Positions 62,176 through 64,000 of a DNA stretch of 64,000 bases are shown piece by piece. Each line of letters begins with the position of its first letter. Positions within the stretch are counted from its first letter, which is position 1. Position numbers and translations under genes: made by a program. This DNA comes from Octopus sinensis. Taxonomy: Eukaryota. The notes under the pieces were generated by a model that had not been told where the DNA came from, searched no databases, and was given only the letters and a program-made list of their open reading frames with translations. The stretch is from NCBI RefSeq assembly GCF_006345805.1, contig NC_043001.1, positions 75,950,001-76,014,000 on the forward strand. The letters are read 5' to 3'.

Positions 62176-62346
62176 ATTCCATTACTGAAACTGCAGAGAC
62201 GCCACTCGGTGGTTTTGGAAAAAGAGGGTAAACCAGATGACCGCTACTTCTGTGATGCAAGCAGGAATTTGATGAATCCCTGCTGGGTCAACTGGATGAG
62301 ACGGTCTAATGTTGATACACCGCCAAGGCCCCATAATCATCTCTGA
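62176..62346 (+). other. Short open frame with PR/SET-like motifs (unverified)
   Basis: LEKEGKPDDRYFCDASRNLMNPCWVNWMRRSN; NWMR at 62290-62301. Confidence 0.25.
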
Positions 62347-62640
62347 TTATGTATCTGAGAGCATCCGTGAGGTGTACCTTGAAACCTTGAAACAAGGTTT
62401 ATCAATCATTTACTGGTTAACTGGTTTCATGATTTTAGCGTTTGAGTGTATACAAGCTCGTATTCACAATACGAATTTTTTATACATTCGAACATTGCTT
62501 TGGTGCATGACTGTGGTATGTACAGGAAGAATATTTAAGAAACATAAATCCTGGTACTCTTGCATAGCCATGACTATGATATCTAAAACATACCATAGGA
62601 CTAAAGAAAATATAACACACACATGAATACTAAATATATA

Positions 62641-62858
62641 ATTCTTTTCTAAACTAAGCATAAGGCCCGAAGTTTTGGGTGATGAGGGTTAATCGATCAG
62701 ATCGACCCCGTACGCAACTGATACTTAATTTATCGACCCCGTAAGGATGAAAGGCAAAGTCGACCTCGGCAGAATTTGAACTCAGAACGTAAAGACAGGC
62801 GAAATACCGCTAAGCATTTCGCCCGGCGTGCTAACGTTTCTGCCAGCTCGCCGCCTTA
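62641..62858 (-). mobile_element. SINE family B, well preserved
   Basis: Minus strand: taaggcggcgagctggcagaaacgttagcacgccgggcgaaatgcttagcgg..ttctgagttcaaattctgccgaggtcgactttgcctttcatcc. Confidence 0.9.
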
Positions 62859-63013
62859 TACATAATGTAGTGCGCTTGCGCGCGCGCACACACACACACA
62901 CACACATACACATACACACACACACCACATATAGGCACACATGCTTGTATAAGAATGACTGAGAGAATAGTAGTCGTTTGTGTATTTGAATGTTTTCGTC
63001 TGTAAGTGTGGAT

Positions 63014-63235
<222 letters not shown>

Positions 63236-63936
63236 TCCGATTCACAGGCAACTGTACTATTTGAGTCAAGGCTGTTAAGTCATCCATCAGAAACACGTGT
63301 TGTTCGCTTCTATTGTTATTCTTTAGCTTTAATACATTTCTATGACCTAAACATAATTCCCTAACTTCTCCTCCTCCGCTTCCTCCCCATTTTCATCATC
63401 TCTATTCCACCCATCTTCTTCTCTTTAGAGCGTATCCGTTCCCTTGTTTTACGCCCCTTTACTCATATACCTGCATATTTCATACAAAAGCATATATTAC
63501 ATTGGTATGTGAAGACTAAAATTCCGTTAACGTCATATTATACCAATAAATGGATGGTTTTAGTACTTAACCATAAATCTTGAACAGAAGTCTGTTTGGA
63601 TTTTTAAAGCCTAAATAGATATTTATGCGTGTATTTTTGCGTGAGTAAGCGTGCTTCTGTGTTTGTGAGTGTGTGTATGTATGTGTGTGTGTGTGTGTGT
63701 ACATACACACATACCTAAGCACACATGCCCATGTGTATACGTTTCTATGTATTTATATGTGTATACGTATTGTATTTATATATATATATGTTTATAAATA
63801 TACATATATATATATGTGTGTGCGTGCGTGTCTGTTTGGCTATGTATACAGATATATGCATCTATATATATGTGTGTGTGTATATATATATATATACATA
63901 TATATATATGTAGACACACACACGCACACACGTACA

Positions 63937-63970
<34 letters not shown>

Positions 63971-64000
63971 GTATATATATGTATATATATATATTTGCAT

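Overview
AT-rich, microsatellite-saturated eukaryotic non-coding DNA. The SINE and LINE families look to me like octopus (coleoid cephalopod) repeats; this is recognition only, with no search run. I find no intact protein-coding gene, tRNA, rRNA or CRISPR array, and most ORF-track calls are translated (TA)n/(TG)n tracts. The window holds about 35 tRNA-derived SINE copies (my labels A-D, with heads and tails mixed combinatorially), decayed LINE fragments (RTE, R4/Dong-like REL, Tx1/L1, Penelope-like), two mariner remnants, Helitrons, hAT-type MITEs and one 100-N gap. The most notable signal is a set of hammerhead ribozyme (HHR) motifs in Penelope-like sequence. A 564-bp fold-back (2561-3124, arms 185/186 identical) carries one complete type I hammerhead per strand, and a third complete one lies at 19141-19231 (-). 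All three have an unusually long (about 60 nt) stem II domain, and several other fold-backs break at HHR remnants. Three weak decayed-coding candidates are flagged at low confidence: 10146-10592, an LRR-like frame at 57996-58220 and a PR/SET-like frame at 62176-62346.
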